DNA of 64,000 bases, taken from positions 1,920,001-1,984,000 of the forward strand of contig CH464491.1 in the NCBI GenBank assembly GCA_000002445.1, in the 5' to 3' direction. The notes under the pieces were generated by a model. It was not told the DNA's origin, searched no databases, and saw nothing but the letters and a program-made list of their open reading frames with translations. The DNA comes from Trypanosoma brucei (lineage: Eukaryota). Shown here piece by piece: positions 19,671 to 31,448 of the stretch (the first letter of the stretch is position 1; each line of letters starts with the position of its first letter). The translations under genes and the position numbers were made by a program.

Positions 19671-21542
19671 TCACACTGAAGCGTGCGCGGAACCCGTTTC
19701 TGAAAGTTTCTGCATCAATTTTTTCGCCTCAGCTGATCCAACAACCTTTACGCTCTTTGCCTGATTCAGTGCGGCCTCAAGAGCGGGTTGAAGCTTTTCC
19801 GGATCAGCGTAGAGCATCGCTCGCTTTTGAAGTCCATCAATAATGATTTTACTCGCACTGGAACCAGAACCGACCACAACTATGTCCACAGAAGAGAGAT
19901 TAAAAGCGCTTGGCCTAACGGGATGGGATGCAAACACGTCTTTAGCCTTCGGAGACAAGAGATGTCCACCTGCCGCCGCCAGCGCTGTCACATCTTCCGT
20001 GTACGAATGTTTCCTCTTGTAGCCGAAACCAGATACATGGCGACGGCCGTAGTGACGGTGGGAGCGAGCATGAGGCATACCAACACGGCATGGAAGCGGT
20101 TTGTGAACACGATCGAGACTCTCTTCAACCAGGTCATGCGCACACGCCTCCACTTTACTCTTGGGAGCCGACACCACGTCCCACGCGCGAGAAATCCACC
20201 CGTCGCCTATCCGGTGGTGCCGTGCACCAAATATGTACTTCGAACTTCGGAGAATATCAGCCTCTCGTTCATTTTCACAAACAACTAATGTAAGGTGCTG
20301 CGCATCGGGACTAAGTATGCTCTCTGCTACCAGTGTGAGAAGACCTTTGTCATCAGCATAAAAGCCCCAACGCGCACAGAGGAAAGCGGTGGCATCAAGC
20401 AAAATGTCACAGCTTGGTTCTGCCGCAACAACGGCTTTCATAGGAATGCTATAGGGTTCCAGCGCTATAAACTTCGGGTGCTCAAGCCCCAAATCGCGTG
20501 GCCGCGGACCACCGAATTCCTCCACAATACGAGGACTCTCAAAATCCCAACTAGGAGCGTGATAAACAAGCACTCCCGGCCGCCGCCAACCCCATTCATC
20601 AATGGGAGACTGGGTGATGCGCTTCGACAGCATGATTTCCTGTTGTGCAACGTAGTTAAACTTGCGTATGGCTGCCAGTGAGGCGAAGTAAGCATGCGTT
20701 GGGTTATCGGTGATAATACGATACGGTGTGTTTGTTGATGGATGGCTTCCGAAGACGCCATCAATGAGGTAAAACCTCAAACCCTGTCCCAAGTGGTACT
20801 GTATCTCCCTTACGACGCGCTTGCCGTGAAGTCCATCGATTACCTTGAAACCGGGAAGTTCTGGATTCTTCAGCCGGCGATGCATCTGATGTTCCGGTGT
20901 ATGTGGAAACATGAAGTACTGTCGCGGCCTTTTCTGCTCTGCCTGATTGTTGCAGTTGTAGTAATAGTCCACAGACATGGCACCCGCTTTGTTGTGGCGT
21001 CTTCCCCATGCGCGACCTCGAACCTCATATGGCCGCAGATTATACTCTCCAACACCATACGTATAGCGCCAAACGCCCGACCACATACCTGCATTTGCAT
21101 AGTCGCCTACCTGTGACCAATTCGAAACCAGGGTGCTGCTGTTCGCGTTCCACCACGGACCAGGGTCCTCGTTTGTCTTGAGGAAAAGTGTTAGTGAATT
21201 ATAACCCCATTGGTACATGGTGCGGAGGTAATTCTTTGCTGGTGAACCAGGTGAAAGACGCGGGGCAACCTCGTGGCGGAAAATAGGTTTTCGCCGTTCT
21301 TCCTCTGCATCGGGGTTGCAGCAAATTTCATTTAGAATGGACATCTGCCCCGCGCTGTGGCCCGCTTGCGGCTTGAGAGCCTCCTGCATGTTGGCATACC
21401 GCACCCCGCGCCGCTGCGAATGATGAAGGAGTGCCACGCAGCTGTCACATGCGGTTAGTCGTACACCAGCACCGGAGAGGACTCTACGAAGCATACGTGC
21501 AGCCGATTCACTCAAACTAAATAAAACGTAAAGCGGCGACAA
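19671..21542 (-). CDS. hypothetical conserved protein (623 aa)
   Basis: Long uninterrupted ORF with balanced composition. No confidently recognised motif. Confidence 0.6.
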   Translation of the reverse strand: MSPLYVLFSLSESAARMLRRVLSGAGVRLTACDSCVALLHHSQRRGVRYANMQEALKPQAGHSAGQMSILNEICCNPDAEEERRKPIFRHEVAPRLSPGSPAKNYLRTMYQWGYNSLTLFLKTNEDPGPWWNANSSTLVSNWSQVGDYANAGMWSGVWRYTYGVGEYNLRPYEVRGRAWGRRHNKAGAMSVDYYYNCNNQAEQKRPRQYFMFPHTPEHQMHRRLKNPELPGFKVIDGLHGKRVVREIQYHLGQGLRFYLIDGVFGSHPSTNTPYRIITDNPTHAYFASLAAIRKFNYVAQQEIMLSKRITQSPIDEWGWRRPGVLVYHAPSWDFESPRIVEEFGGPRPRDLGLEHPKFIALEPYSIPMKAVVAAEPSCDILLDATAFLCARWGFYADDKGLLTLVAESILSPDAQHLTLVVCENEREADILRSSKYIFGARHHRIGDGWISRAWDVVSAPKSKVEACAHDLVEESLDRVHKPLPCRVGMPHARSHRHYGRRHVSGFGYKRKHSYTEDVTALAAAGGHLLSPKAKDVFASHPVRPSAFNLSSVDIVVVGSGSSASKIIIDGLQKRAMLYADPEKLQPALEAALNQAKSVKVVGSAEAKKLMQKLSETGSAHASV

Positions 21543-21598
21543 CGGGAGGGAAAGAAGAAGAGAACTAACACCCGTGCCAACGTATACCTAACTTGTTC

Positions 21599-21618
21599 AT
21601 ATATATATATATATATAG
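21599..21618. repeat. (AT)n microsatellite
   Basis: atatatatatatatatatag read directly. Confidence 0.9.
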
Positions 21619-23125
21619 AAATATGTAAGAAGAAGGACGGTGCATTAATGTGCAAAGGGGATGAACATGCAACACGTTTTGTTGCTGCAGGTGTTTGTGT
21701 GTATATGTGTGAGGCCAAAGTAGTTATTGCTCCACCAGTGACAATTAAACAGCTGTAGATGCTCCTGCATGGGTCTGTAATGCGTGATGAAATGCGAGGC
21801 GCATCCCACTGTTTGGTCACGTTTTGCGCCTGTTCCTAGGAAGACATTAAAGAGCGCCCATTAACCGCAAGAGAAGGATTAAAATAAAAAAAATAAATAC
21901 GAAAAAAAAACAGACAAAACACTGATTTGTAAGGAAGTTAACTCGTCATCCACCCACAAAAACATTCGCGCCGTTTGACAGTTAGAGACCATAAAGTGCA
22001 CAACCAAAAGTATGCGTTTCTAGAGTTGAGCTGCGTACGCTGTCCTACACGGAGTTAACCAGGGGTTATTTCGGACTTAGGTTGGAAAAAAAATTTTACT
22101 CTCAAAAGCAAAACAAAATAAGACAAGAAGAAATAAAAACGGCATGACACTACGAACATCGACACCTTATTCCTCTGTGTAGAGAAGGGTAAAGGAGAAG
22201 GAAAATGGAAGCCACCCGCAACTCACAACATTGCATGTGGTTATACGGGGCGGAAAAGACAAACACAGAAGTATGGGATGATTTTTTTTCCCCCCCCCGT
22301 TAGTGGTGATGAAGCGAGATGAGAATAAACGCGTTCGGTTACTCTGTGCGTTCATCTTCACTTTCTTTCCTCAAGAGGCGCATCATCTTTTCAATGTAAG
22401 AAAATGTTATCGCGCACGCACTCAGCAGTATGAAAGAATTCCGGGGAGCAATTTGCATGCCCTCTCCCCGATATCCTCCCCTCAGGCACGCTTAGAAAAG
22501 TTATATGAGTAAATGTTAAAAAAAAAAAAACAAAGGCATCATAAAGTCGTGCACACCTCTATCTTCTTCCCTTTTATCTCCTTTTCTTTTCTTTTCAAGG
22601 TAAATATATTAATCCGGCTTCTTTCCCCTCTTTCTTGTTATTATTTGTCTAATGTAACACCAAAGACCTGAATCCTTCTTAACACGTCGCCACTGCATCA
22701 GAGAGACGTGATCACACACGCTACAGAACGCAGGGGAAAAACATAAATATGTGCCCACACTTGCATGTTACAAAACGTGAAAAAGATGGATGCTTATGAA
22801 AAAAATAAAATAAAATTATGAACGAAACCTCCGTAGCGAGTTGGCGCGCGGTTAGTAACCCCCATTTTTCTTTTCCGCGGCGCAGCAAATGGGTAATTGG
22901 CCGCGGAGCAAGCGACTCTAAAAGAAGAAAAAATACACCGCTCACGAAATAACTGGCGTGGAGGAAGTGTAGGAGCAAAAAAAATAAAATAAAATAAAAA
23001 TAACAATAGATAATGAACGGTTTGAATTTTGGCAGTGAGTATAAAAAAAAAACAGAAAAGGCAAACGGTACAGTGATGGCGGCTGTCGCGCCGCAGGTAG
23101 CTGCACCTCATCACTTTTCCCGCCA

Positions 23126-23155
23126 ACACACACACACACACAGACACAGACAGAC
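23126..23155. repeat. (CA)n/(CAGA)n microsatellite
   Basis: acacacacacacacacagacacagacagac read directly. Confidence 0.9.
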
Positions 23156-23430
23156 GGAGTCGATAATTACACATCTTTGCTGCAGCATCAACCATCCCAT
23201 CTTCTGGTTTTCCATATGGCACCTTTCCCCTTCCTCTTTTCCTGACACATCGCTGCTGCAATGTAATGCTTTAATTTTACACCAACGACAACGATGGAAT
23301 ATTGCCGCGTTACATATTTTCTGCGCCCCACTACTGTGGACTCCCTCCACACACAAGCACAGAAGCCACTTGCATTGATGTCACCAATACCACTATTCCA
23401 CCACTGTGGTGATATATTTTTATGCCAAGC

Positions 23431-25257
23431 TCATGCAATCGTGGGGTTCCACCGTCTCGCGTGGTAAGTAGATTCTTGCACTTGGAGACAACCCTCCCCC
23501 GCTGGCGACGCATTTGCTTCACTGTAACTTATCAGCGAGTCGTACGGTGTGTTATTTGCCATTGGTGCTCTTTCCACAATATGCTCACGCGTTACCGGGT
23601 GGCCCCATGACTTGCACTGCCACGCAGAAGGCGGGCCAGCCGCCGGCGCCGGTCGATGCAAATCAAAAGGTAGTGGTGAAGTCGGTGCACTGCAGCCTCC
23701 AGGACACTTTTGAGACTCAGACGAGTTCATTACTTCACTCCTCTGCTTTGCGACATCCTGCCGGATCATTTTTTTCACACGGAGGCGCAGCTCCGATACG
23801 GTGGGGCGGTGCTCTGGAAGAGGAGAAAGCATCCACTGCAAAATCAATCGCCACGACTCAGGCACAACGTCGGGAATCACCACTGGGGATTGAAGTGTGT
23901 TTTGTATGTCCCCAATTGTTTTGAATGGAACCGATCCAACAAGTAGAGTGTAGAAGGTGACACCGAGAGACCAAACATCCATGGCGAACAGAAGTTGCTT
24001 CCGGACATCTGACTTTCCGCTTCTTCCGTTATGAACACTGTTAGCATTATTGGTGCCGTCAGCGCCCACATCACCCACGCAGGGTGATGGATCAACGCTG
24101 CAAAATACTTCCGGGGGCATAAACAACGGAGTCCCCTCGAAGCGGTGCAAACACATTTCGTCATCTCCGAGAATTGCCGCAACACCAAAATCAGAGATAA
24201 ACGCGCACTTCTTACTGTTGACGAGTATATTTTCAGGTTTGATGTCACGATGCACGATGCCGTGCCGCTGCAGATACTCCATTCCGGCGAGAATCTGGCG
24301 CGCATAATTAGTTAAGTCCTCAGGTGGGATCGGATCACAGTTCCCTTCTCTGTCTAGGCGGGCGATCGGGCCGTTGTCGATGTATTGCATGACAATGTAT
24401 AGCTTTTCAGTATCAGGATCATCGATAACCTCAAACAATGAGACAATACTCTTGTGTCGTAATTGCTTCATTACTCTGATTTCCCGCTGTAGAGCCTCCA
24501 TCCGAGCTGTTGCTGAATTACAAGCAGTCTCAATAGCTCGTCTTTTCTCCCTCGGTCGCGGGATAACTTTAATTGCTACGGACTCGTTACGCGAGAGACT
24601 GTACGCCAGCCGCACCTTACCTGAAGTTCCCTTTCCAACACTCTTCAGCAGAGCATATTCATTCAATATCGTGGTACCCTCAATCCAGTGCGATACGGAC
24701 GCATGTTTTGTGACCATGTCACCTCGCGGTATTAATAATGGCAATTTCCATTCCTCTTTAGATGAGTCATCACTACGCATAGAAAGTGATCCCAGCGGCC
24801 GCATAGCGCTGTAGTCTTCCGGATGAAGCGATGCCGGTGTTGGGGTGTCGGCGCACTCCGCCTGTTCGCTCATTTCCAGCGCTCTGGTTTGTGGCAGCAA
24901 GGCACTCAAGTCACTGAAAACATCAACACCATATACTGACAATGGCCATATGCCAATTTTACCTCCACCCATATATGTTGACAGCACCTGCGATTCTTTT
25001 GAGCGTGACGGGCTCGTTAATTCCTCGCCGCTTCGGTTGTGCGGTTTTGTACGAGTGGCTCGCAAGCGTTCTCCTACTGCAAGTTTTTGTGGTTCTGCAG
25101 GGGTACCTCCAGTTGATTCGCTCCCTTTGCTGTTAACATATTGGCTCCGTTCATCTCGTTTTGCCGAGTATACAGGAAGTCGCGCAGGAGCCGTGCCCAC
25201 ATCCGTCCATGAAAAAAGTAATGAGGAATCCTTCCCATCACCCTTGAAGGTGTTCAT
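23431..25257 (-). CDS. serine/threonine protein kinase, CaMKK-like (paralogue 2)
   Basis: Gly loop VGKGTSGKV, catalytic HRDIKPENIL, DFG, APE-like PPEV and DVWSLGVTFYTLL. The CaMKK-type signature LFEVIDDPDTEKLYIVMQYIDNGPI is present. The track ORF extends to 25332, but its first 25 codons (MFFACFVCFLLLLLLLFFSSSS) are translated poly-T spacer, so Met at 25255-25257 (MNTFKGDGKD) is the preferred start. Confidence 0.8.
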   Translation of the reverse strand: MNTFKGDGKDSSLLFSWTDVGTAPARLPVYSAKRDERSQYVNSKGSESTGGTPAEPQKLAVGERLRATRTKPHNRSGEELTSPSRSKESQVLSTYMGGGKIGIWPLSVYGVDVFSDLSALLPQTRALEMSEQAECADTPTPASLHPEDYSAMRPLGSLSMRSDDSSKEEWKLPLLIPRGDMVTKHASVSHWIEGTTILNEYALLKSVGKGTSGKVRLAYSLSRNESVAIKVIPRPREKRRAIETACNSATARMEALQREIRVMKQLRHKSIVSLFEVIDDPDTEKLYIVMQYIDNGPIARLDREGNCDPIPPEDLTNYARQILAGMEYLQRHGIVHRDIKPENILVNSKKCAFISDFGVAAILGDDEMCLHRFEGTPLFMPPEVFCSVDPSPCVGDVGADGTNNANSVHNGRSGKSDVRKQLLFAMDVWSLGVTFYTLLVGSVPFKTIGDIQNTLQSPVVIPDVVPESWRLILQWMLSPLPEHRPTVSELRLRVKKMIRQDVAKQRSEVMNSSESQKCPGGCSAPTSPLPFDLHRPAPAAGPPSAWQCKSWGHPVTREHIVERAPMANNTPYDSLISYSEANASPAGEGCLQVQESTYHARRWNPTIA

Positions 25258-26978
25258 TGATTTGTTGGAGGATGAAGAAAAAAACAACAACAACAACAAC
25301 AACAAAAAACAAACAAAGCACGCAAAAAACAAAAAAAAAGAGGAGGGAAGTGGTGGTTATCAGATAGCTAAATTGGTCACACCGTGCGATGGAGCCAAAA
25401 GCTTTCTGTACTTGCTCTTACGAGTATTTTTTCTCTCCTATGATCTTTTCTTCTAATTTGCCGCAGGTTGATTTCGGCTGTTTAAAATTAAAAACTATAG
25501 TCGCACAGCAAACGTACGCCGACCGTTCGTAGGCGCTGATGAAGATATGGAAAGGGTGGAAAGAAAAAAAAAGAAGAGAGAAGTCAGATAAGGTATTTTT
25601 AGAGTGGTATTTCTTGACATTGCAGAAAAGTGGACATAACAAATCATTAAATAAATAAAGTAGAATAATCATAATCATAATAATAATACGAATAACAATA
25701 AGAGAGCCGATGCAAGAAAAGAAAGGAAAACAATTTTTTTCATAACAATATTCGACAGCATACAACTCTTTACCGTAGCACATACGCACACACGTAAAGA
25801 GGAAGGAGGCGGCATCTTCTCAACGGGCCTCCGCAGAAGTGAAGCATAGTGGCATCATTCTATGAACAGTATCGAAAGGAACTGCTTTTTTTTCTTTCTT
25901 TTTTCTTTAAAAAAGAAAAACCTCTTTCCTCATCTCTCCTCCAAACACGTTTTCGTTTTCGTCTTCAGCTTCCTTTTTTTTTTCCACATCCTCTTCACCT
26001 TTTCAATTACTCCAAAATTTATTTATTTTTTTAAATCCACTTTAACAAGGTGCGACCGCTTCTTTCCCTTTCTCATTTTAACAAAAAAAAATTAAATAAC
26101 TAAATAATAAAACCTCTCGTTCTCAAAACACGCACGGGGAACAGGCAAAATGAAGGGAGGAAAATACGGGCGGGTTACGAAGCCCATGAGCAATGGAGTA
26201 GATATAATAAGGAAATTCCAAGTGGACATGAGACAAACTCGTGTGTGTGTGTGTGTATCAGGTGAAACAAAGAAATCATACGTGTGTATTAAAAAAAAAA
26301 AACAACAACAACAAAAGAAAGTAAAATATTGGTATGAAACAAAAGGGAATGTGTATAGCTTTACATCAGTGTTCCTTTGAGTGCATGTGTGAATGTTCAA
26401 GTGGGTAACCGCTACTGTGTTAAGATGAATATATTTAAATTCTGCATCATCTTCCAACTTTTGTTCGGTTGTGATGCTCCGCTTCACCAGAAAACAGCGA
26501 CTGAAGTAATTCCGCACAATAAAATTTACTTTGACGTGTACGCTCCCCCCCCCCTCCCTCCCTTCTTTCCTTCCGTCCTTCTTTCCTTTATTATTATTAT
26601 TATTTTTTTTTTTTGGTTTTAACCTCGCTTATTCTCTTCCTTTTTTTCCCCCTTCTCCATTCTCCTCGTTACTCCGCACCCACCCCTTTTTTGTTTATTT
26701 ATTTCCCTTCTGTAACGTTGCAAAAAAGGCCCTTAAAATAAGGAAACAAAAACAGGACTTGAGACAGAGTGACAAAAAGAGAGAAATTGAACTAAAATCG
26801 GGTACAATAAGGGAATGAAGGGGGAAGAGGAAAACAAAACAAAACAAAACAAAGAAGAATGGGGACTATTTCTACATCATGACGATAATAAAAATAATGA
26901 TGATAATAATAAAACATCGCAGGATAACGACGCCCCTCAAAACCTTATAGTTCTAGCAACAGATACAAACACACAAAA

Positions 26979-27015
26979 ACAGCTAATTAACATCTTATTG
27001 ATGTTAATTAGCTGT
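26979..27015. repeat. perfect 15-bp inverted repeat (hairpin, 7-nt loop)
   Basis: acagctaattaacat cttattg atgttaattagctgt read directly. Confidence 0.9.
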
Positions 27016-27678
27016 GTATTCCCCTCGTTTCGTTCCCTTTACTTCTTCAGAATTTCCTCTTTTTTTTTGTTTCCCCCTCCTTCCTAATCGTCCATTCGCT
27101 TGGTGTTTATTCATTATTTCCGTCGTATAGGCCTTTCGTGCTTACACATCAATAACCATTCTTAATCATTTTTTCTTTTCTTTTCTTTTTTCTCCTTCTT
27201 AAAAAAAAAAATTAACCACCTTTATTATTATTGTTATTATTATGATCTTACAATTATTGCAATAATGTCCTTCTCCCTTATATCTCTTTATCTTCTCATT
27301 CGCAATCCCGTAAGGCGTGTTACCACAACCTGTCACTACCACTTTTATTTTTATTATTATTATTATTATCATTTTTTTTCCTTGGAATTACAAGCAATTA
27401 TTCCCCTTCGTAATAATTAGATGAATTTGTGTTGTCTATTTATTCGCACACAATTAAAAAGGAAAAAAAAAGCAAAAAAACGGAAAGGCAGCACAAACCT
27501 AAACATATACATCTTACTTCTTCCTCTTCCTCTTTCTTTCTTTCTTTTTTTTTAAAAAAATGTTTCCTCCCGTCCCCCTTCTCATTCTTTTCTTTTTTTT
27601 TTTGTACGCATTGTTAATAATGGCATATTTCCCCACGTTTAAGTTCCTCCATCACAACTTTTGATACGAGAAACATTT

Positions 27679-27709
<31 letters not shown>
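27679..27709. repeat. (CA)n-(TA)n compound microsatellite
   Basis: cacacacacacacacatatatatatatatat. Confidence 0.9.
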
Positions 27710-28204
27710 TTTTTTTTATATACACATATATGTATATATATTTTAATTTAAATGTATATGCCACGCTACCATCAACGCGCACATCTTCATGAAATAAAAA
27801 ACTAAAAAAAAATCCACCAAAGCAAAAAAAAAAAAGAAAAGAAAAGAAAAGGAAGAGGCGGGAGGGGGGAGGGGAAAAAAATAAAAAAATACAAATGAGC
27901 ACTACTCCAAAAAGGCGGCGGCACTCATGTACGAAACCTTCCATTCTTCCATACAAACTCTCTTTTCCCCTTTTCCTTTACTTATTTCTTTGAAAACGTC
28001 TTTTATCTTTTCTTTCTTTTTTTTTTTTACATAAACTGCAGCAGTAGCAGTAGTGGTGGTGGTGGTGGTGTTTGTGGGGGAGAAGAAACATTAAAAAAAA
28101 AACAGAAACAGAAAAAAAAACAAAAGAGAAGATGATTGAGGGGAGCATCATCACGAAAAACGCAAGCATACGAAAAAAAAAATGTTAGCAGCTATATGAT
28201 TCAG

Positions 28205-28231
28205 TATATATATATATATATATATATATAT
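28205..28231. repeat. (TA)n microsatellite
   Basis: tatatatatatatatatatatatatat. Confidence 0.9.
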
Positions 28232-29372
28232 GTTTGTATAGCGTAAATCACAAGAACAAAAATACAAAAAAAAAAAGAGCAAAAAAAAAAGCCTTCAGCC
28301 CCAAGCACAGAAGGCGTTCGTTACATCAAACAGATTAAATAAGAGGAAAGGAAGGAGGAGAATGAGAGAGGGAGAAAAAAAAAAAGAAACTACAAGTGGA
28401 GATACAATAAATGACAAAATGAAAAGAAGAAGGAGGAAACCCACCGCACTGCAAAGGAAAAAGGAAAAAAAAGGAAAAAAAGGGAAAAGGGAAGGGAGGG
28501 AAAAAAAGAAACAAAAGAAATTCACTCAGGAGAGTTGGAGGAACGCACACGCACCCACCCCCCCAAAAAAAAAGAAAAAAAAAGGAAACAAGAAAGAGAA
28601 AGCCATACCACAACAGTACCCTTTCACTTGGTCTTTCAATCCCCTTTCTTGTTTTCTTTTTTTTTTTTTCACCCTCTCTTCGTTCCTCTAACGTTGGCGA
28701 TAACAAAAAAAAAGAACAGGTAAATGTGAGGGAGGAATGGAGGAGGAATAAGAAGGAAAAAAAAAGAAAACAAGAAAGCAACAACATCAATACTGTAAAC
28801 AGAACCAACCGTCATGCATTCGCACCTACAACAGCGCACCGAGGCATACCACAAGGGCTAATTTACAAATTACAATAACAAGGCAAAAAAAAAAAAGAAA
28901 GCGGGAAATTAATGGGGTTTCAACCACACTCCCGTCCGCTCAACTACGGCACTGAAAAGAAAAAGAAAGGACAACAAAATATCGCCTACACGATGCACAC
29001 ACAGTTCTTCTTTTTTTTTTTTCGCCCATTTTTTTTTTCCACGGCTCTGCATTCTAAACTCCATTTTCCTTTTCGACGATCTCTCGCGTTCGCCACCGTT
29101 GTAAGTTTCACATGCGTTTATACGGGGTACGTGATGGAAAAATAAAAGAAAAAAATGAGTGCTCGCATTCCATTCTTTAAAGGTAGTAGTAATAGTAGCA
29201 TTATGACCAGGGAGGTAAAAGGAAAAAAAAGAAAATGGGAGGGGAACAATAAAAGAAAAGAGCAGAGGAAGACTACGATTTATTGAAAGGCCCGAAAGCG
29301 GTCAAACCACACTTGCTGAAACCCAACGCTTTTCTTCCAACTATCTACCAACCCAACTTCCCATTAAATAAC

Positions 29373-31448
29373 TCACTCCTCGTCTCCTTTACAAGGCGTC
29401 TCTCCATCCCGTTTCTCTGGAGTACGAGGGAATAATGAGCCACATAATCCCGGCAAACAACCCGCTTCCTCTTTTTTACCTTTCGCACATCTTTGCTTTG
29501 ATAAGGAGTGCACTCCTAATTGTGGGGCGGAATTCCTCTTTATAGCACAGTTGCTCGTGAGAACCTCCTGATTTGGCAACGTACCACTGCCACCGTCAAA
29601 CTCCCTGTTGTGCACATCCCTTGGGGTGGTCGCCACCGACGGCGAGACATTTGTTTGATTTCCCCGTGGTTCGATGGGAGGTAATTCAACTTTTTCACAA
29701 AAAGGCATGTCATGACATTCCAAAGGGCTTCCACCGGGAGAAACAACACGCGTCGAACGCCGGCTCAGCCGTCTTACTGGTTTCATAACGGTACCTCCCC
29801 AATTCGAACCTGAGAGGGGTTCGACATCACCACTTTTTGTGGTTGCATTGAGTTTTAGCGAGGCGTCGAAGGGATTGTCAATCCACCTAGGACTCATGGG
29901 AAGCGAAATTGCAACCGAATTATCGCCGCTGCGTTCCCTTAACAACCACGAAACATCTTCAGCATCTTTTTCGGGTTCGGTTAATGTCAAGGCTTCCTCT
30001 ATATCCTTCTCCGTAACGCAAACCAAGGTGTCGTCACACGCGTCACCAGAACTCTTATTTTTGTGGATCATTGCCTTAAATGCTTCGACAGCATGGCATG
30101 CGGTTATGCGGTTCTTGGGGTCGCGATCAAGCATCCTACGAAGCAAATTTTCCCAGTCTTCCCCATACTCAGTTGGTATCACAGGAAGGTTGGAGTCCAT
30201 AATATCGTCTATATTAGAGAAGGGAAGTCTTCCGGTAAGAAGAATGTACAATGTGACACCCATTGCCCATACATCAACTGGTTTTGCATACGACCTATCG
30301 CCTTTCCAGATCTCAGGGGCAATAAACAATATTGTCCCCTTTGTGCCCTGTATAGGCATCCCTGGTCCACATGAGGCGTTGGCTCTACTGGCTGCTAAGC
30401 TTTCTTGCATTATTTGTTCTACCCTCTCCCGTGCGCTTACGTCAAAAACCTCAGCCACGCCAAAGTCCGCCAAATACGCTCTTCCTTCTTTACTAACGAG
30501 TATATTTTCCGGTTTGATATCTCGATGCGCTATTTTGTTTTTGTGCAGATAGTCTAATCCAGAAAAAATCTGCCGAGCGTACTTCGCGAGTTGTCCAGGA
30601 GGAATAGGTGTGCAGACCTCCTCCTCGGGATCGCCAGTGGGACTACACCTAATGCGGCCGATAGGTCCACCGTCGATGTATTTCATTACAAGGTAAATTT
30701 TTCTAGCACTGGGATCGTCAATAACCTCGTACAGTGGAACGATATGTTTGTGCTTCAGCTTCTTCATGAGCGCAATTTCCCGCTGCAAGGCACTAAATCT
30801 CTCCTGCGCTGCCGTTTGCAGGCCGAACCGCGTCTTTGCCACGGGTCGACACACTTGCTTAATAGCCACAAGCGTATCGGTCTGGGTGTTGTACCCCAAC
30901 TTCACCTTACCGAACGATCCCCTTCCGATTTCTTTGAGCACCTGGTAATTGTTTATAAACTTCCCGCCGTCATCTCTCTTATCCACTCGAAGTTCACCCG
31001 TAATGCGTGCCGACCGCTGCCGTGCAAGGCTACAACTGCTATTGAGTGAAGAAGTGCAGGACGCATTTGTTGCATTTGGAAGTACCTGTATGGGACAAAC
31101 TCCACATAGCGCCCCACCACGGCATGACCTGGATCCGGCTGTCTTTCGACTAGCGAAACTAACCAATGATATTATTTCGGGATCCGTGGCACCTTCACAC
31201 TCCCCATCAGGGAGACGGGAGGGGCATCGTAAATCCTGCCCTTTATTTTTCGCTTGCCAAATTTCAGAGAGACAAGATTCATTTCTAGTGATCTCCTTAT
31301 TGTACGAGTCACTACACCCATTGTCGGCCCCTTTAACCATATGAGACGAAAAACCGCGGCCTCTGTCCAGGCTGGCATTACTTCTTTGTTTCGGTGTCGC
31401 CATCGACAAAAAGTGGGGGAGCTGCTCCGTGCATTCCTCCTGAGTCAT
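29373..31448 (-). CDS. serine/threonine protein kinase, CaMKK-like (paralogue 1)
   Basis: IGRGSFGKVKL, VAIK, HRDIKPENILV, DFGVAE, APE (IAPEIW) and DVWAMGVTLYILL. CaMKK signature LYEVIDDPSARKIYLVMKYIDGGPI. The track ORF runs to 31604, but its N-terminal 52 codons include a translated (AT)n microsatellite (LYIYIYID), so Met 31446-31448 (MTQEECTEQ) is preferred. Confidence 0.8.
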   Translation of the reverse strand: MTQEECTEQLPHFLSMATPKQRSNASLDRGRGFSSHMVKGADNGCSDSYNKEITRNESCLSEIWQAKNKGQDLRCPSRLPDGECEGATDPEIISLVSFASRKTAGSRSCRGGALCGVCPIQVLPNATNASCTSSLNSSCSLARQRSARITGELRVDKRDDGGKFINNYQVLKEIGRGSFGKVKLGYNTQTDTLVAIKQVCRPVAKTRFGLQTAAQERFSALQREIALMKKLKHKHIVPLYEVIDDPSARKIYLVMKYIDGGPIGRIRCSPTGDPEEEVCTPIPPGQLAKYARQIFSGLDYLHKNKIAHRDIKPENILVSKEGRAYLADFGVAEVFDVSARERVEQIMQESLAASRANASCGPGMPIQGTKGTILFIAPEIWKGDRSYAKPVDVWAMGVTLYILLTGRLPFSNIDDIMDSNLPVIPTEYGEDWENLLRRMLDRDPKNRITACHAVEAFKAMIHKNKSSGDACDDTLVCVTEKDIEEALTLTEPEKDAEDVSWLLRERSGDNSVAISLPMSPRWIDNPFDASLKLNATTKSGDVEPLSGSNWGGTVMKPVRRLSRRSTRVVSPGGSPLECHDMPFCEKVELPPIEPRGNQTNVSPSVATTPRDVHNREFDGGSGTLPNQEVLTSNCAIKRNSAPQLGVHSLSKQRCAKGKKEEAGCLPGLCGSLFPRTPEKRDGETPCKGDEE

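Larger units (their letters stand above)
25333..29372. other. 4-kb ORF-free, low-complexity AT/pyrimidine/purine-tract-rich spacer between the two kinase paralogues. Presumably long UTRs and trans-splicing/polyadenylation signal region.
   Basis: No ORF with coding-like composition on either strand. Dense homopolymers, (TA)n, (CA)n, (GT)n, (GGT)n and (AAAAC)n-type repeats. Confidence 0.6.

Noticed and set aside
28335-28808. 157-aa ORF and other 60-140 aa ORFs throughout 25333-29372
   Set aside because: They are translations of homopolymer and microsatellite runs (poly-F/L/K/E) and are not credible coding sequence.
29795-29835. tRNA T-arm-like string (ggttcgac / aattcgaacc)
   Set aside because: It lies within the kinase CDS. 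No acceptor-stem complementarity or anticodon arm could be built around it. No tRNA genes are called in this window.
29839-30552. 237-aa plus-strand ORF
   Set aside because: It lies entirely antisense to the kinase domain of the CaMKK-like gene (29373-31448), whose conserved motifs leave no doubt about the real strand.
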